From an uncultured Solibacteraceae bacterium (GTDB taxonomy: Bacteria > Acidobacteriota > Holophagae > Holophagales > Holophagaceae): a stretch of 61,143 nucleotides of DNA. The DNA lies in NCBI GenBank assembly GCA_964457075.1, contig CAYWDR010000001.1, positions 1 to 61,143 of the forward strand. The letters run 5' to 3'. Below, piece after piece: positions 43,511 through 53,860 of the stretch (within the stretch, counting starts at the first letter, position 1; each line of letters begins with the position of its first letter). Under the pieces are notes generated by a model. The model was not told the origin of the DNA and ran no database searches. It saw nothing but the letters and a program-made list of their open reading frames with translations. The translations under genes and the position numbers were made by a program.

Positions 43511-44383
43511 ATGAAAATTCTCATCGTCGGCGGGGACGGCATGCTGGGTCACCGCCTTTTTGAGTCTTGGTGTGATCGCCATGATGTGATTCCAACCCTG
43601 AGGAAAGACCGAAGCTCATACTCTGCGCTGCCAAAGCGCCTGGCGGAAAGAGCCCGTTACGGATTGGAAGTGACTCACCTGGAAGCTCTTGCGGTCTTGC
43701 TTGCAGAGGTACGCCCAGATCTTGTTGTCAATGCCGCGGGCATTGTCAAACAGCGCGCAGAGGCCCATGAAACGTTGCCAAGTCTAGAAGTCAACGCACT
43801 GTTTCCGCATCGGCTAGCTCTGTTGTGCTGCCTATCCGGAGCCCGATTGGTACACCTCAGCACTGACTGCGTTTTCTCGGGGAACAAAGGATCCTATGTG
43901 GAAGGGGATCTGCCCGATCCCCCGGACCTGTACAGCCGATCCAAACTTCTTGGCGAAGTAGAGGCCCCCGGATGCCTCACCTTGCGTACTTCCATTATTG
44001 GGCTTGAGCTTGGCCGGAAGATAAGCCTCGTGGAATGGTTCTTGGCTCAGAAGGGCCCTGTGAAGGGGTTTTCGAGAGCGATTTTTACGGGCTTCCCCAC
44101 TTCAGAATTGGCCAGGGCGATTGAACATCTAGTGACTCAAAAGGAGGTTCCAGAGGGATTGTGGCACCTAGCCACTCGACCAATCTCCAAGTACGACATC
44201 CTTGTTGGGCTGAAGAGCCGCCTGGGTTTGAGCGTGGAAATCCAGAAGGACGACTCGTTTGTATGTGATCGCAGCCTGGATGCTTCGGCCCTTTACGCAC
44301 GCACGACTTATCGACCCCCGAATTGGGATGTACTTCTAGATGAGCTTGCGTCGGAAATTCAGACCCGAGGAGCGCGAGCATGA
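43511..44383 (+). CDS. RmlD-like NAD(P)-dependent sugar nucleotide 4-reductase (WbvR/dTDP-4-dehydrorhamnose reductase family)
   Basis: 290 aa. MKILIVGGDGMLG Rossmann start and STDCVFSG...Y...K pattern. GGAGGG RBS. GC is lower than in its neighbours. Confidence 0.75.
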   Translation: MKILIVGGDGMLGHRLFESWCDRHDVIPTLRKDRSSYSALPKRLAERARYGLEVTHLEALAVLLAEVRPDLVVNAAGIVKQRAEAHETLPSLEVNALFPHRLALLCCLSGARLVHLSTDCVFSGNKGSYVEGDLPDPPDLYSRSKLLGEVEAPGCLTLRTSIIGLELGRKISLVEWFLAQKGPVKGFSRAIFTGFPTSELARAIEHLVTQKEVPEGLWHLATRPISKYDILVGLKSRLGLSVEIQKDDSFVCDRSLDASALYARTTYRPPNWDVLLDELASEIQTRGARA

Positions 44384-45453
44384 TCCTGGAGAATAGAAAC
44401 GTCCTCATCACGGGGGGCACGGGGTCACTGGGCAAGACGCTCGTGCGCCGCATCCTCTCGGGCGAGTTGGGCCACCCCCGGCGCGTGACGGTGATGAGCC
44501 GCGACGAGGCGAAGCAGCATGCCATGCGCATCTCCTACCTCAACCGCAAGGTGACGACGGACGAGGTGATCTACTCCAACTTCCAGCGCAGCCTCGCCTT
44601 CCGCATCGGCGACGTGCGCAGCTACGCCGACGTGTGCGCCGCCCTGCGGGACGCCGACGTCGTGTTCAACGCGGCGGCCCTCAAGCAGGTGCCCATCTGC
44701 GAGTACTTCCCCGAGCAGGCCCTCCTCACCAATTGCGTGGGCCCCGCCAATATCGTGCGGGCGCTGAAGGAGCACGGCTATCCCGTGCAGTCCGTCATCG
44801 GCGTGAGCACGGATAAGGCCTGCAAACCCGTGAACGTGATGGGCATGACGAAGGCCCTGCAGGAGCGCATCTTCACGAGCGCCAACGTGGAGGTGCCCCA
44901 CACGCGTTTCGTCTGCGTGCGGTACGGCAACGTGCTCGCCTCCCGGGGCTCCGTCGTGCCCCTCTTCCACGATCAGATCGCCAGCGGAGGGCCCGTCACC
45001 GTCACCGTGCCGGAAATGACGCGCTTCCTCCTGAGCCTCAACCACGCCGTGGATACGGTGTTCGCGGCCCTCCAAGGCGGGCACCCCGGCGAGACCTACA
45101 TCCCCCGGGCGCCGGCCGCCACGGTCATGAACATCGCCCAGGCCCTCGTGGGCGGCTCGGGCATCCCCATCGAGATCACGGGCATCCGCCCGGGCGAAAA
45201 GATGGACGAGATCCTCGTCTCGGAAGAGGAGTGCCACCGCACCGTGGCGCGAGGCGATTACTACGTGATCCTCCCCGTGCTGCCGGAGCTCCATAACAAG
45301 GAGGCCGCGAAGGGCAAGGGCACCACGCTCACGAAGGAATACTCCTCCGGGGATGACGTGGTGGATCTTCAGGGCACCCTCGACCTCCTCAAGCGCCACC
45401 ACCTCATGCCCGGCGAGGCCGTGCTGGTGGAGGGCAACGAGCTGCTGGCCTGA
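44380..45453 (+). CDS. UDP-N-acetylglucosamine 4,6-dehydratase/5-epimerase family (CapE/FnlA/WbvB- or PseB-like)
   Basis: 357 aa with an ATGA overlap. Motifs LITGGTGSLG, NAAALKQVPICE and STDKACKPVNVMGMTKA. Confidence 0.85.
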   Translation: MILENRNVLITGGTGSLGKTLVRRILSGELGHPRRVTVMSRDEAKQHAMRISYLNRKVTTDEVIYSNFQRSLAFRIGDVRSYADVCAALRDADVVFNAAALKQVPICEYFPEQALLTNCVGPANIVRALKEHGYPVQSVIGVSTDKACKPVNVMGMTKALQERIFTSANVEVPHTRFVCVRYGNVLASRGSVVPLFHDQIASGGPVTVTVPEMTRFLLSLNHAVDTVFAALQGGHPGETYIPRAPAATVMNIAQALVGGSGIPIEITGIRPGEKMDEILVSEEECHRTVARGDYYVILPVLPELHNKEAAKGKGTTLTKEYSSGDDVVDLQGTLDLLKRHHLMPGEAVLVEGNELLA

Positions 45454-45454
45454 A

Positions 45455-46546
45455 ATGAAGATTCTGACGCTGCTCGGCACGCGACCCGAGATCATCCGCC
45501 TCAGCCTCGTCATCGCGAGGCTGGATGCCCTGGGGGATCACGTCCTCGTGCACACGGGCCAGAACTACGACCCCCGCCTCAAGGACATCTTCTTCGAGGA
45601 GCTGGGCGTGCGCGAACCCGACGCCCACCTCGGCGCCACGGGTTCCTTCGGCGAGCAGGTGGGCACCATCCTCGCCGGATGCGAGCGCCTCTTCGCGGAG
45701 CACCGGCCCGATCGCGTGCTCATCCTGGGCGATACGACGAGCGGCCTCGGGGCCATCGTGGCCAAGCGCATGGGCATTCCCGTCTACCACATGGAGGCGG
45801 GCAACCGTTGCTACGACGACCGCGTGCCCGAGGAAGTGAACCGCCGCATCATCGACCACAGCAGCGATCTGCTCCTCCCCTACACGGAAAACAGCCGCCG
45901 CAACCTCCTGGCGGAGGGCATCCCCGGCTCGCGCATCCTGGTCACCGGGAACCCCATCTTCGAAGTGATCCATGCCCACGAGGCGGCCATCGCCGCCTCG
46001 CGGGTGCTGGAGGAGCTGGGGCTGAAGGCGGCTGGGTACTTCCTGGTCACGTTGCATCGGGCGGAGAACGTGGACGAGAAGGCGCGGCTGGAGCGCTTCG
46101 CAGAGGCTTTGGTGCGGGTGCAGCGGGAGTACGGCCTTCCCGTCATCGTAAGCACCCATCCCCGCACCCAAGCGAAGCTTCAACTCTTCGGCATTGGCGC
46201 AGCCAATGCCGAAGTCCGCTTCCTGCCCCCCTTCGGCTTCTTCGACTTCGTGGCCCTGGAGCGGCAGGCGGCCTGCGTGCTCAGCGATAGCGGCACGGTG
46301 CAGGAGGAATGCTGCCTCTTCCGCGTGCCCAACGTGACCCTGCGGGACGTCACGGAACGGCCGGAAACGCTGGAGTGCGGCAGCAATCTGCTGAGCGGCT
46401 CCGACCCCTCGCGCATCCTCGCCTGCGTGCGCCTGGCCCTGGACTCCAAGCGGGACTGGACACCTCCCGCCGAGTACCTGCGGGAGAACGTCAGCGAGAC
46501 GGTGGTGAGGATTCTCACCGGGCATCGCGAGGGGGGCCACCCGTGA
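45455..46546 (+). CDS. UDP-N-acetylglucosamine 2-epimerase family, CapG/FnlC/WbvD type
   Basis: 363 aa. Motifs MKILTLLGTRPEIIR, HMEAGNRCYDDRVPEEVNRRIIDH and SDSGTVQEE. Confidence 0.88.
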   Translation: MKILTLLGTRPEIIRLSLVIARLDALGDHVLVHTGQNYDPRLKDIFFEELGVREPDAHLGATGSFGEQVGTILAGCERLFAEHRPDRVLILGDTTSGLGAIVAKRMGIPVYHMEAGNRCYDDRVPEEVNRRIIDHSSDLLLPYTENSRRNLLAEGIPGSRILVTGNPIFEVIHAHEAAIAASRVLEELGLKAAGYFLVTLHRAENVDEKARLERFAEALVRVQREYGLPVIVSTHPRTQAKLQLFGIGAANAEVRFLPPFGFFDFVALERQAACVLSDSGTVQEECCLFRVPNVTLRDVTERPETLECGSNLLSGSDPSRILACVRLALDSKRDWTPPAEYLRENVSETVVRILTGHREGGHP

Positions 46547-48033
46547 GCCCCACCTTCACCATCCTCGTGCCCACCTACAACCAGGCCGTCTACCTGCCCG
46601 ACTGCCTGGGCAGCCTGAGGGCCCAGACCCTGGGCGATTGGGAGGCCGTCGTCGTGAACGACGGCTCCACGGACGGCACGCGCGAGGTGTTGGAGCGCCA
46701 TACCCAGGAGGACCCCCGCATCCGCCCCTTCCATCAGGCGAACGGGGGCGTGGGGGCGGCCCTGAACCGGGCCCTTCGAGAGGCCCGGGGGGAGTGGATC
46801 TGCTGGCTCTCCTCCGATGATCTGCTGGAACCGGCGGCCCTGGCGGCCTTCGCGAAGGCCATCGCGGAGGCCCCGGAGGTGGCGTATTTCCATAGCGATT
46901 TCCAGGAGCTCGTCCACGAGACGGGGCAACGCCGCCCGGGCCCCCCGGATCGGGCCCGCGCCTTGCCCCCCAAGGCCCTGCAGACCCTCCAGTTCTTCCA
47001 CGGCAACTACATCCACGGCATCAGCATCTGCGTGAGGAAGGCCCTCTTCGACCGGGCCGGCTTCTTCAAGCCGGAGCTGCGTTACGCCCAGGACATGGAT
47101 ATGTGGCTGCGCATGAGCGCCCTCGCGGAGCTGCGCTACGTGGACATCCGCACCTGCGTCACCCGCGTGCACGGGGGCCAGGGCACGCTTGGCTTCCCGG
47201 AGGCGGGCCTGCTGGATTCCGCCCGGGCCTGCCTGGATTTCCTGAACGAGCACCCCTTCGAGGAGCTCTTTCCCCATCTGGATCTGAGCTCCGGCGAGGG
47301 CATCACGCAGGCCGTGCAGGCGGCCCTGGGGGCGGCGCTGAACCTCCAGGCCTGCATGTACGCGGGCGTGGGCGTCGTGCCCGCCCTGCTCGAACGCATG
47401 GGCGAGTGGCTCGCGGAGCGCTGCCCCATCGTCTACCGCCCTTCCCTGCGGATGGGGCTTCAGGAATTGGAGGCCCAGCTGGGCCCCGCTCCGGAACCCA
47501 TCCGGCGCCAGATCCACGCCATGGCCCACCATGAGGAAATCCGATACGAGGCGAAGGATCCCCTCGCCCTCGTGAGATCGAACCGCGACGCCCTGCAGCG
47601 GTCCGGGAACCCGGCCTCCGCCGCCCTGCTCTCGCGCTACCTCGCCAAGGTGGCCCCCGCGCCGGAGAGGAGCGACGCCCTCCCCGAGGCCTTCCTCCTG
47701 GAGCCGGATTTCGCCGGAGATGGCTGGCTGGAGGCCCTCGTCGCCTACTTGAACGCCTTCCAGGCGGGAGATCCCGTGGGCCTCCTCCTCCTTTTGGATC
47801 CGCGGAAGGACGGCTCGCCCACGGCCGGGGAGGTGGGGGGCGTCGTCACCGAAGTGGCCCGCCAACTGGGGCGCGACACCTTCCCCGACGTGGTGCTCGT
47901 CGAAAAGCCGGCCGACGTGCTGGAGGTTCTCCGGCCCTACCGCCGCATCCACCGCCTTCCCTTCGCAGGGGGCCGTCCCCCGCTGGAAACGGCGGCCTCC
48001 TTGCGCTTCGCCCAGTCCTCGGATCGTCCATGA
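46543..48033 (+). CDS. GT2 family glycosyltransferase with ~250-aa C-terminal extension
   Basis: GTGA overlap start. Motifs FTILVPTYNQAVYLPDCLGSLRAQT and VVVNDGSTDGT. The C-terminal tail is homologous to two segments of the next gene. Confidence 0.8.
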   Translation: MSPTFTILVPTYNQAVYLPDCLGSLRAQTLGDWEAVVVNDGSTDGTREVLERHTQEDPRIRPFHQANGGVGAALNRALREARGEWICWLSSDDLLEPAALAAFAKAIAEAPEVAYFHSDFQELVHETGQRRPGPPDRARALPPKALQTLQFFHGNYIHGISICVRKALFDRAGFFKPELRYAQDMDMWLRMSALAELRYVDIRTCVTRVHGGQGTLGFPEAGLLDSARACLDFLNEHPFEELFPHLDLSSGEGITQAVQAALGAALNLQACMYAGVGVVPALLERMGEWLAERCPIVYRPSLRMGLQELEAQLGPAPEPIRRQIHAMAHHEEIRYEAKDPLALVRSNRDALQRSGNPASAALLSRYLAKVAPAPERSDALPEAFLLEPDFAGDGWLEALVAYLNAFQAGDPVGLLLLLDPRKDGSPTAGEVGGVVTEVARQLGRDTFPDVVLVEKPADVLEVLRPYRRIHRLPFAGGRPPLETAASLRFAQSSDRP

Positions 48034-51000
48034 GCTCCCACCCCAAGCCACCCAAGCCCGCCAAGCCCCCCGGCCCCAAACCCGCCCCCGGGCCCGCCCC
48101 GGAGCCCACCCCGGGGCTTCGGGCCGAGCCCCTCTACCCGGAGCGGCTCATCCGCCGCGCCGAGGAGGCCCTCCGGGCGGGTGACCTCCAAGGCGCCCGG
48201 GCGGAGGTTCACAAAGGGCGGACGCACTTTCCCACCCACCCCTTCTTCAACCAACTGGAGGCCTTTCTCAAGGAGGAGGACCCGAAGGTGATCCTGGCGG
48301 GAGCGGGCTGGGAGCGCCCCTGGCACCTGGCGAGGATTCCCCGGAAGGCCCACTTCTACTGGGGGAACGACCGCACCTCCTTCCTCCGCTACCTGAGCAT
48401 CGCCTCGTTCCGCCGCTTCAATCCGGATTGGGAAGTGAACCTCTACGTGCCCTCCTCCGTGCATCAGGGCGCCTCGGCCTGGATGGATGGCGAGGCCTAC
48501 GAGGGCACCTCCTACCACGGACGCGATTACTCGGCCCTGCTCTACCAGCTGCCGGGGATCCGGATCCGGGAGGTGGATTTCTCCGCCTACCCGGCCATCG
48601 AAGCCGCCCCGGAGACCTACAAATCCGACTTCTTCCGGTGGCACATCCTCACCGGGGAGGGCGGGGCCTACTGCGACACCGACATCCTCTTCTGCCGCCC
48701 CCTGCGCTCCGCTCCCTTCAACGTGGAGAAGCACCGGGATCTGCAGGCGGGTGTCTGCATCCATGAGGGGAAGCACATCATCGGGTTCTACTTTTCCGCG
48801 CCGGGCACGCCCCTCTTCGAGCGAGTGAAGCGCGAGGCCATCGCCGCCTTCGACGCGTCGGATTACCAAAGCATCGGATCCCACCTCTTGAACCGCCTCT
48901 ATCCCACGGTGGAATCGATCCGGAAGGCCCACCCCGGCATGGCCGTTCAAAGCCTGCCCATGGAGCTCGTCTACCCCTTCGATTGGCGGGAGATCCACCG
49001 CATCCACGAACCCGGCGACCCCGCCGCGCTGCCCAAGGGCTGCATCGGCATCCACTGGTACGCGGGCTCCACCCTCACCCAGAAGTTCAACAACCTCATC
49101 GACCACGCCACCTGCGGCCAGGTGGGCAGCCTCCTGGACCGGCTGGCCGCGAGCCTCGTGCCCGCGCTGGACGTGAAGCCCGAGGGCGGCCACGGCTCGG
49201 CCTCCCCCAAGGGCCCCCGCTTTTCCGTGCTGGTGCCCACTTACAACCAGGCCCACTTCCTCCCCGCCACCCTGGATAGCCTGCGGGGCCAGACCTACGG
49301 GGCATGGGAGGCCCTCGTCGTGAACGATGGGTCCACGGATGGCACCCGCGAGGTGCTGGAGGCCTACGCCGCGAAGGATCCCCGCATCCGCGCCTTCCAC
49401 CAGGCCAATGGCGGGGTGGGTTCCGCCCTGAACGCCGCCCTCGCCCAGGCCACGGGCGATTGGGTGGGCTGGCTATCGTCGGATGACCTCTACGAGCCCG
49501 GCGCGCTGGAGGCCTTCGCGGGGGCCATCACGGAACTCCCCAAGGCCCGCTACTTCTACAGCAACTTCTCCCAGCTCTTCGACGAGACGGGGGAGAAGCG
49601 GCCCATGCCCGAGCGGCGGCAGGTGGATCTCCCCACCTTCGAGATGCAGACCCTCGGCCTCCTGGAGGCCAACTACGTCAATGGCATCACCGTCTGCATC
49701 CAGCGCAGCCTCCTCCAGGAATCGGGCGGATGGAGGCCCGAGCTGAGGTACGCCCAGGATCTGGACCTCTGGCTGCGCCTGAGCGTGCGGACGCGCTTCC
49801 ACTACCTGGATCACCGCACGGCCGTCACGCGCGTCCACGGGGCCCAGGGCACGCAGACCTTCCCCATGGCCGGGTTCTTCGACTCCGCCCGGGCCGCCCA
49901 CGAGTTCCTGAACACCCACCGCTTCGAGGCGATCTTCCCCTGGGCGGATCTGCGCTCCCAGGCGGAGATCATCTCGGTGCTGAACGGCGCGTTCAAGGTG
50001 GCGTGCAACTTGAACGCCTTCCTCTACCACGGGGTGGGGCCGAACACGGTCCTCCTGGACCGCCTGGACGAGTGGCTTGAGGAGAAGTGCCCGGGGGAAT
50101 ACCGGGAGATCATCGTGGCCGCCCTGCGGCGGGGCTTCACCACGAGCCCGGAGCTGCCCGCCTTCCTGAGGGAGCGGGGCGCCCGCCTGGGCTCGGCGCC
50201 CCGGCCGCCCTTCCATCCGAAGGATCCCATCGCCCTCATGGAGGAGGTGCTGAAGCGCCTGGAGGGAAGCGGCGAAGCGCAGGTTTCCGCGGAACTGCGC
50301 CGCTACCTCGTGAAGGTGGTGGGGCGGGACCTCGGGGGTTCCCAGCCCCCCGCTCCGGCGCCTTCCGCTCCCGCCGCCCGGATCGTCATCGTGCGGCCCC
50401 CGGGCTACGCCCATGCCGACGCGTTCGTGGAGGTGGCAGAGACTCTGGAGGCGGGGTTACGCGCCCTGGGCATCCCCGTGGCGCGGGTTGAAAACGAGGT
50501 GGCGCCGGGGGCCTTCAATATCCTCCTGGGCTGGCACCTCCTCGCGGAGGAGGCCGCGGCCGCCCTTCCGGAAGGCACGGTGCTCTACAACCTGGAGCAG
50601 ATGGACGAGCGGAACCGGGAGCTCCGGGAGCGCATCGTGCGCCTGGGCCGGCGGCATACGGTGTGGGACTACAGCCCCCGGAACGCGGAGATCCTCCGCG
50701 AGGCGGGGCTGGCCCAGGAACCGGGGATGCTTCCCATCGGGTACGCCCCCCTGCTCACCCGCATCCCCGAGGCCCCGCGGGAGGACATCGACGTTTTATT
50801 CTATGGTTCCATCAACCCCCGCCGTTTGCAGATCCTTCAGGATCTGCAAACGGCGGGGCTGAAAGTGCATCAGGCTTTTGGGGTCTACGGCTCCGAAAGG
50901 GATGCGCTGATCGCCCGGGCCAAGGTGGTGCTCAACCTCCACTACTACGACAGCAGCATCTTCGAGCTCGTGCGGGTGTCCTACCTCCTGGCCAACCGCA

Positions 51001-53111
51001 AGGCGGTGGTGGCGGAGTGCCACACCGCCACGGAGGTGGAGGCCTTCCTGCGGGAGGGGCTCTTCCTCGCGCCCTACGAGGGGCTCGTGCAGGCCTGCCT
51101 CGATGCCATCGCGGATGAGCCCGCCCGCCGCGCCGTGGCCCAGCGGGGCTACGAACGGATGGCCGACCGATCGATCACGCCCCTCCTCCGGCCCCTCCTG
51201 CCCCCGGAACTGAGGCCCTCCCGCCCCGCCCCGGAGGTGAGCGTCATCCTGCCCACCCGGGATCGCGCCGAATTCCTGGATCGGGCCCTGCAGTCCCTCC
51301 AGGCCCAGACCTACCGCGACTTCGAGGTCATCGTCGTCAAGGATGGCGGCGCCGATCCGGGCGAGGTGGTGGCCCGCCACCGGGCCCGGGGGCTGGATAT
51401 CACCCTGCTGGAACACCCCCGCTCCTGGGGCCAGGCCGCCTCGCGCAACACGGGCATCCGCGCCGCCCGGGGCCGGTGGATCGCCTACCTGGACGATGAC
51501 GACCTCTACTATCCCGACCATCTGAAGGTGCTCGTGGCCACCCTGGAACGCACGGGGGCCCAGGTGGCCTACACGGATTCCATGCGGGCCGTGGAGGAGC
51601 TCCGCGACGGCGCGTGGGTGGTGCTGAGCCGCGAGCTGGCCATGTCGAACGCCTTCGATCGGGAGCACTTCCTGCGGGACAACCTCACCCCCGTGAACAA
51701 CGTCCTGCACGCACGGGCCTGCTGGGAGGCCGTGGGCCCCCACGACGAGACCCTACCCGTGCTGGAGGATTGGGAGTTCTGGATCCGCCTCTCCCGCCGA
51801 TGGGACTTCGTCCACGTCCCCCAGGCCACGGCGGAGGTGAGGTGGCGGAGCAGCGGCGCGAACATCACCTTCGAAAAGCGGGATCTCTTCCCCCAGTGCC
51901 GCGCCCGCATCGCCGCGAAGGTGGCCCGGCTGCTGGCGGAGGAAGCGGCCCGGCGGGCGGATCCCGTCCGCGAGGCCTTCCTCTTCGAGCCGGATTGGGC
52001 CGGGGCCGGGTGGGTGGAAGTGCTCCTCGCCTACATGGAGGCCTTCGCCCCGGGGGATCCCGTGATCCTCGTGCTGCCCATGGATCCCGGCCGGGAGGGG
52101 CAGATCGGCCTGGAAGAAGCCCAGGTGCGGGTGCTGGACCTCGTTCGGCGCACGGGCCGGGAGGCCTTCCCCGACGTGGCCCTCGTGGATCGGCCCGAGG
52201 AACTGATCGAGATCCTCCGCGAACGCGAAGTCGCCCAATGGGTGCCCGTCGCGGGCCAGGAGGGTGGATGGGCGCTGGAGGGCCCCCGGGGCCGGGCCCT
52301 GGAGGCAGCCCGGCGGCGCCTGCGCGGAGGCGCCCGGCCCGAGGCCCCGGCCTTCGACCCCGGCCATCCCGCCGTGAGCGTGATCATCCCCACCCGGGAT
52401 CGCCCGGATCCATTGCGCCGGGCCCTCCGATCCATCCAGGAGCAGACCTTCCGGGATGTGGAGGTGATCGTCGTGAACGACGGGGGCTCCCCCGTGGAGG
52501 CCATCGTGCGGGAGTTCCAGGAGGCGGGCCTGGCCGCGTCCGCCCTGGGCCACCCCTTCCAGAAGGGCCAGGCGGCGGCCCGCAATTCGGGCCTCGCCCG
52601 GGCCAAGGGCCGTTGGATCGCCTATCTGGATGACGACGACCGTTTCGAGCCCGGCCATCTCGAATCCCTCGTCGAGGCCCTGCGCGGCTCCGGCGCCCAG
52701 GTGGCCTATTCGGACGTCCTCCGCGTGGACGAGGACGCCCGCGGGCAGACCCTCTTCCAAGAGGCGGCCCCCTCCCTGGATTTCGATCGCGAACGGCTCC
52801 TGCGGGAGAACCTCGCCCCCCTCGATGCCGTGCTCCACGCGCGCGCCTGCCTTGAGGCCGTGGGACCGATGGATGAGGAGCTCCCCCTCCTGGAGGACTG
52901 GGACTTCCTCATTCGCCTCTCCCGGGCCTGGGACTTCGTTCACGTGCCCAAGGCCACGGTGCAGACGCGGTGGCGGGCGGATGGCTCCAACGCCTCCCTC
53001 CGGCGGGCGCCGCTCCTGGCCCTGTGCCGAGCGCGCATCGCCCAGAAGGTCGAGGAAGGCATGGCGTCCACGGGCGCCCGGATTTCAGGGGGATCAATAT
53101 CATGGACTTAG
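48030..53111 (+). CDS. Giant multi-domain glycosyltransferase (Pro-rich N-terminus, DXD GT32-like domain, GT2, GT-B-like domain, GT2, GT2)
   Basis: 1693 aa with an ATGA overlap start. Motifs KSDFFRWHILTGEGGAYCDTDILF, FSVLVPTYNQAHFL...VVNDGSTDGT, DVLFYGSINPRR...LNLHYYDSSIFELVRVSYLLANRKAVVAE, VSVILPTRDR...VVKDGGAD...LDDDD and VSVIIPTRDR...VVNDGGSP...LDDDD. Confidence 0.8.
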   Translation: MSSHPKPPKPAKPPGPKPAPGPAPEPTPGLRAEPLYPERLIRRAEEALRAGDLQGARAEVHKGRTHFPTHPFFNQLEAFLKEEDPKVILAGAGWERPWHLARIPRKAHFYWGNDRTSFLRYLSIASFRRFNPDWEVNLYVPSSVHQGASAWMDGEAYEGTSYHGRDYSALLYQLPGIRIREVDFSAYPAIEAAPETYKSDFFRWHILTGEGGAYCDTDILFCRPLRSAPFNVEKHRDLQAGVCIHEGKHIIGFYFSAPGTPLFERVKREAIAAFDASDYQSIGSHLLNRLYPTVESIRKAHPGMAVQSLPMELVYPFDWREIHRIHEPGDPAALPKGCIGIHWYAGSTLTQKFNNLIDHATCGQVGSLLDRLAASLVPALDVKPEGGHGSASPKGPRFSVLVPTYNQAHFLPATLDSLRGQTYGAWEALVVNDGSTDGTREVLEAYAAKDPRIRAFHQANGGVGSALNAALAQATGDWVGWLSSDDLYEPGALEAFAGAITELPKARYFYSNFSQLFDETGEKRPMPERRQVDLPTFEMQTLGLLEANYVNGITVCIQRSLLQESGGWRPELRYAQDLDLWLRLSVRTRFHYLDHRTAVTRVHGAQGTQTFPMAGFFDSARAAHEFLNTHRFEAIFPWADLRSQAEIISVLNGAFKVACNLNAFLYHGVGPNTVLLDRLDEWLEEKCPGEYREIIVAALRRGFTTSPELPAFLRERGARLGSAPRPPFHPKDPIALMEEVLKRLEGSGEAQVSAELRRYLVKVVGRDLGGSQPPAPAPSAPAARIVIVRPPGYAHADAFVEVAETLEAGLRALGIPVARVENEVAPGAFNILLGWHLLAEEAAAALPEGTVLYNLEQMDERNRELRERIVRLGRRHTVWDYSPRNAEILREAGLAQEPGMLPIGYAPLLTRIPEAPREDIDVLFYGSINPRRLQILQDLQTAGLKVHQAFGVYGSERDALIARAKVVLNLHYYDSSIFELVRVSYLLANRKAVVAECHTATEVEAFLREGLFLAPYEGLVQACLDAIADEPARRAVAQRGYERMADRSITPLLRPLLPPELRPSRPAPEVSVILPTRDRAEFLDRALQSLQAQTYRDFEVIVVKDGGADPGEVVARHRARGLDITLLEHPRSWGQAASRNTGIRAARGRWIAYLDDDDLYYPDHLKVLVATLERTGAQVAYTDSMRAVEELRDGAWVVLSRELAMSNAFDREHFLRDNLTPVNNVLHARACWEAVGPHDETLPVLEDWEFWIRLSRRWDFVHVPQATAEVRWRSSGANITFEKRDLFPQCRARIAAKVARLLAEEAARRADPVREAFLFEPDWAGAGWVEVLLAYMEAFAPGDPVILVLPMDPGREGQIGLEEAQVRVLDLVRRTGREAFPDVALVDRPEELIEILREREVAQWVPVAGQEGGWALEGPRGRALEAARRRLRGGARPEAPAFDPGHPAVSVIIPTRDRPDPLRRALRSIQEQTFRDVEVIVVNDGGSPVEAIVREFQEAGLAASALGHPFQKGQAAARNSGLARAKGRWIAYLDDDDRFEPGHLESLVEALRGSGAQVAYSDVLRVDEDARGQTLFQEAAPSLDFDRERLLRENLAPLDAVLHARACLEAVGPMDEELPLLEDWDFLIRLSRAWDFVHVPKATVQTRWRADGSNASLRRAPLLALCRARIAQKVEEGMASTGARISGGSISWT

Positions 53112-53860
53112 GCATCAAGGATCGCCTCGCCCTCGTGACGGGGGCGAGCCGGGGCATCGGGCGCGCCATCGCCCACTCGCTCGCGGAGGAGGGTGCCCGC
53201 GTCCTCCTCGTGGCGAGGTCGGCGGAGGCCCTGGAGGCCGCGCGGGCCGCGCTGCCGGGGGGGGCGAACCGCCATCAGGCCTTCGCCGCGGATCTCATGG
53301 CCGAAGGTGGCATCGAGGCCCTCGCGAAGGCCATCGCCGGGCGCGTGGGCGCGCCGGAGATCATGGTTCACAACCTGGGCGGATCCCATGGCGTATTCAC
53401 CTCCATGGCCCCCTCGGAGGACTGGCGGAAGGTGTGGCAGTTCAACGTGGGCACGGCCCATGAACTGAATCGCATCTTCCTGCCGTCCATGGTGGCCGCC
53501 AAATGGGGGCGCATCGTCCACCTCTCCACCCTCTCCACCACCACCTTCAACGGCTACGCCCCCTACGTTTCAGCCAAGTGCGCCTTGGAGGGCTACGTGA
53601 AGTCCGTGAACCGGGAGGTCTCGCGCGATAACGTGATCCTCTCCGCCGTGGCGCCGGGGGCCATCTACTCCGAGGGGCGCCACTTCGCGAAACTCCAGAA
53701 GGAGGATCCCGCGGCCTTGGAGGCCTACTTCAAGGAGCACCTCCCCATCCGGCGCTTGGGGCGGGCGGAGGAGATCGGGCCCGTGGTGGCCTTTCTTTGC
53801 TCGGAATTCGCGTCGTTCATGGCGGGCTCCATCGTGGGCATCGATGGCGGAGGCATGTGA
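53102..53860 (+). CDS. SDR family oxidoreductase (classical short-chain dehydrogenase)
   Basis: 252 aa. Motifs LALVTGASRGIGRAIA, NLGG and YVSAKCALEG. Confidence 0.85.
   Translation: MDLGIKDRLALVTGASRGIGRAIAHSLAEEGARVLLVARSAEALEAARAALPGGANRHQAFAADLMAEGGIEALAKAIAGRVGAPEIMVHNLGGSHGVFTSMAPSEDWRKVWQFNVGTAHELNRIFLPSMVAAKWGRIVHLSTLSTTTFNGYAPYVSAKCALEGYVKSVNREVSRDNVILSAVAPGAIYSEGRHFAKLQKEDPAALEAYFKEHLPIRRLGRAEEIGPVVAFLCSEFASFMAGSIVGIDGGGM

Noticed and set aside
46180-49400. 623-aa and 487-aa minus-strand ORFs across the 2-epimerase and glycosyltransferase genes; also 55142-57127 and 59733-61133
   Set aside because: These are antisense high-GC artefacts (Gly/Ala/Arg/Glu-rich, no motifs) opposite genes with strong family signatures and overlapping-start operon structure.
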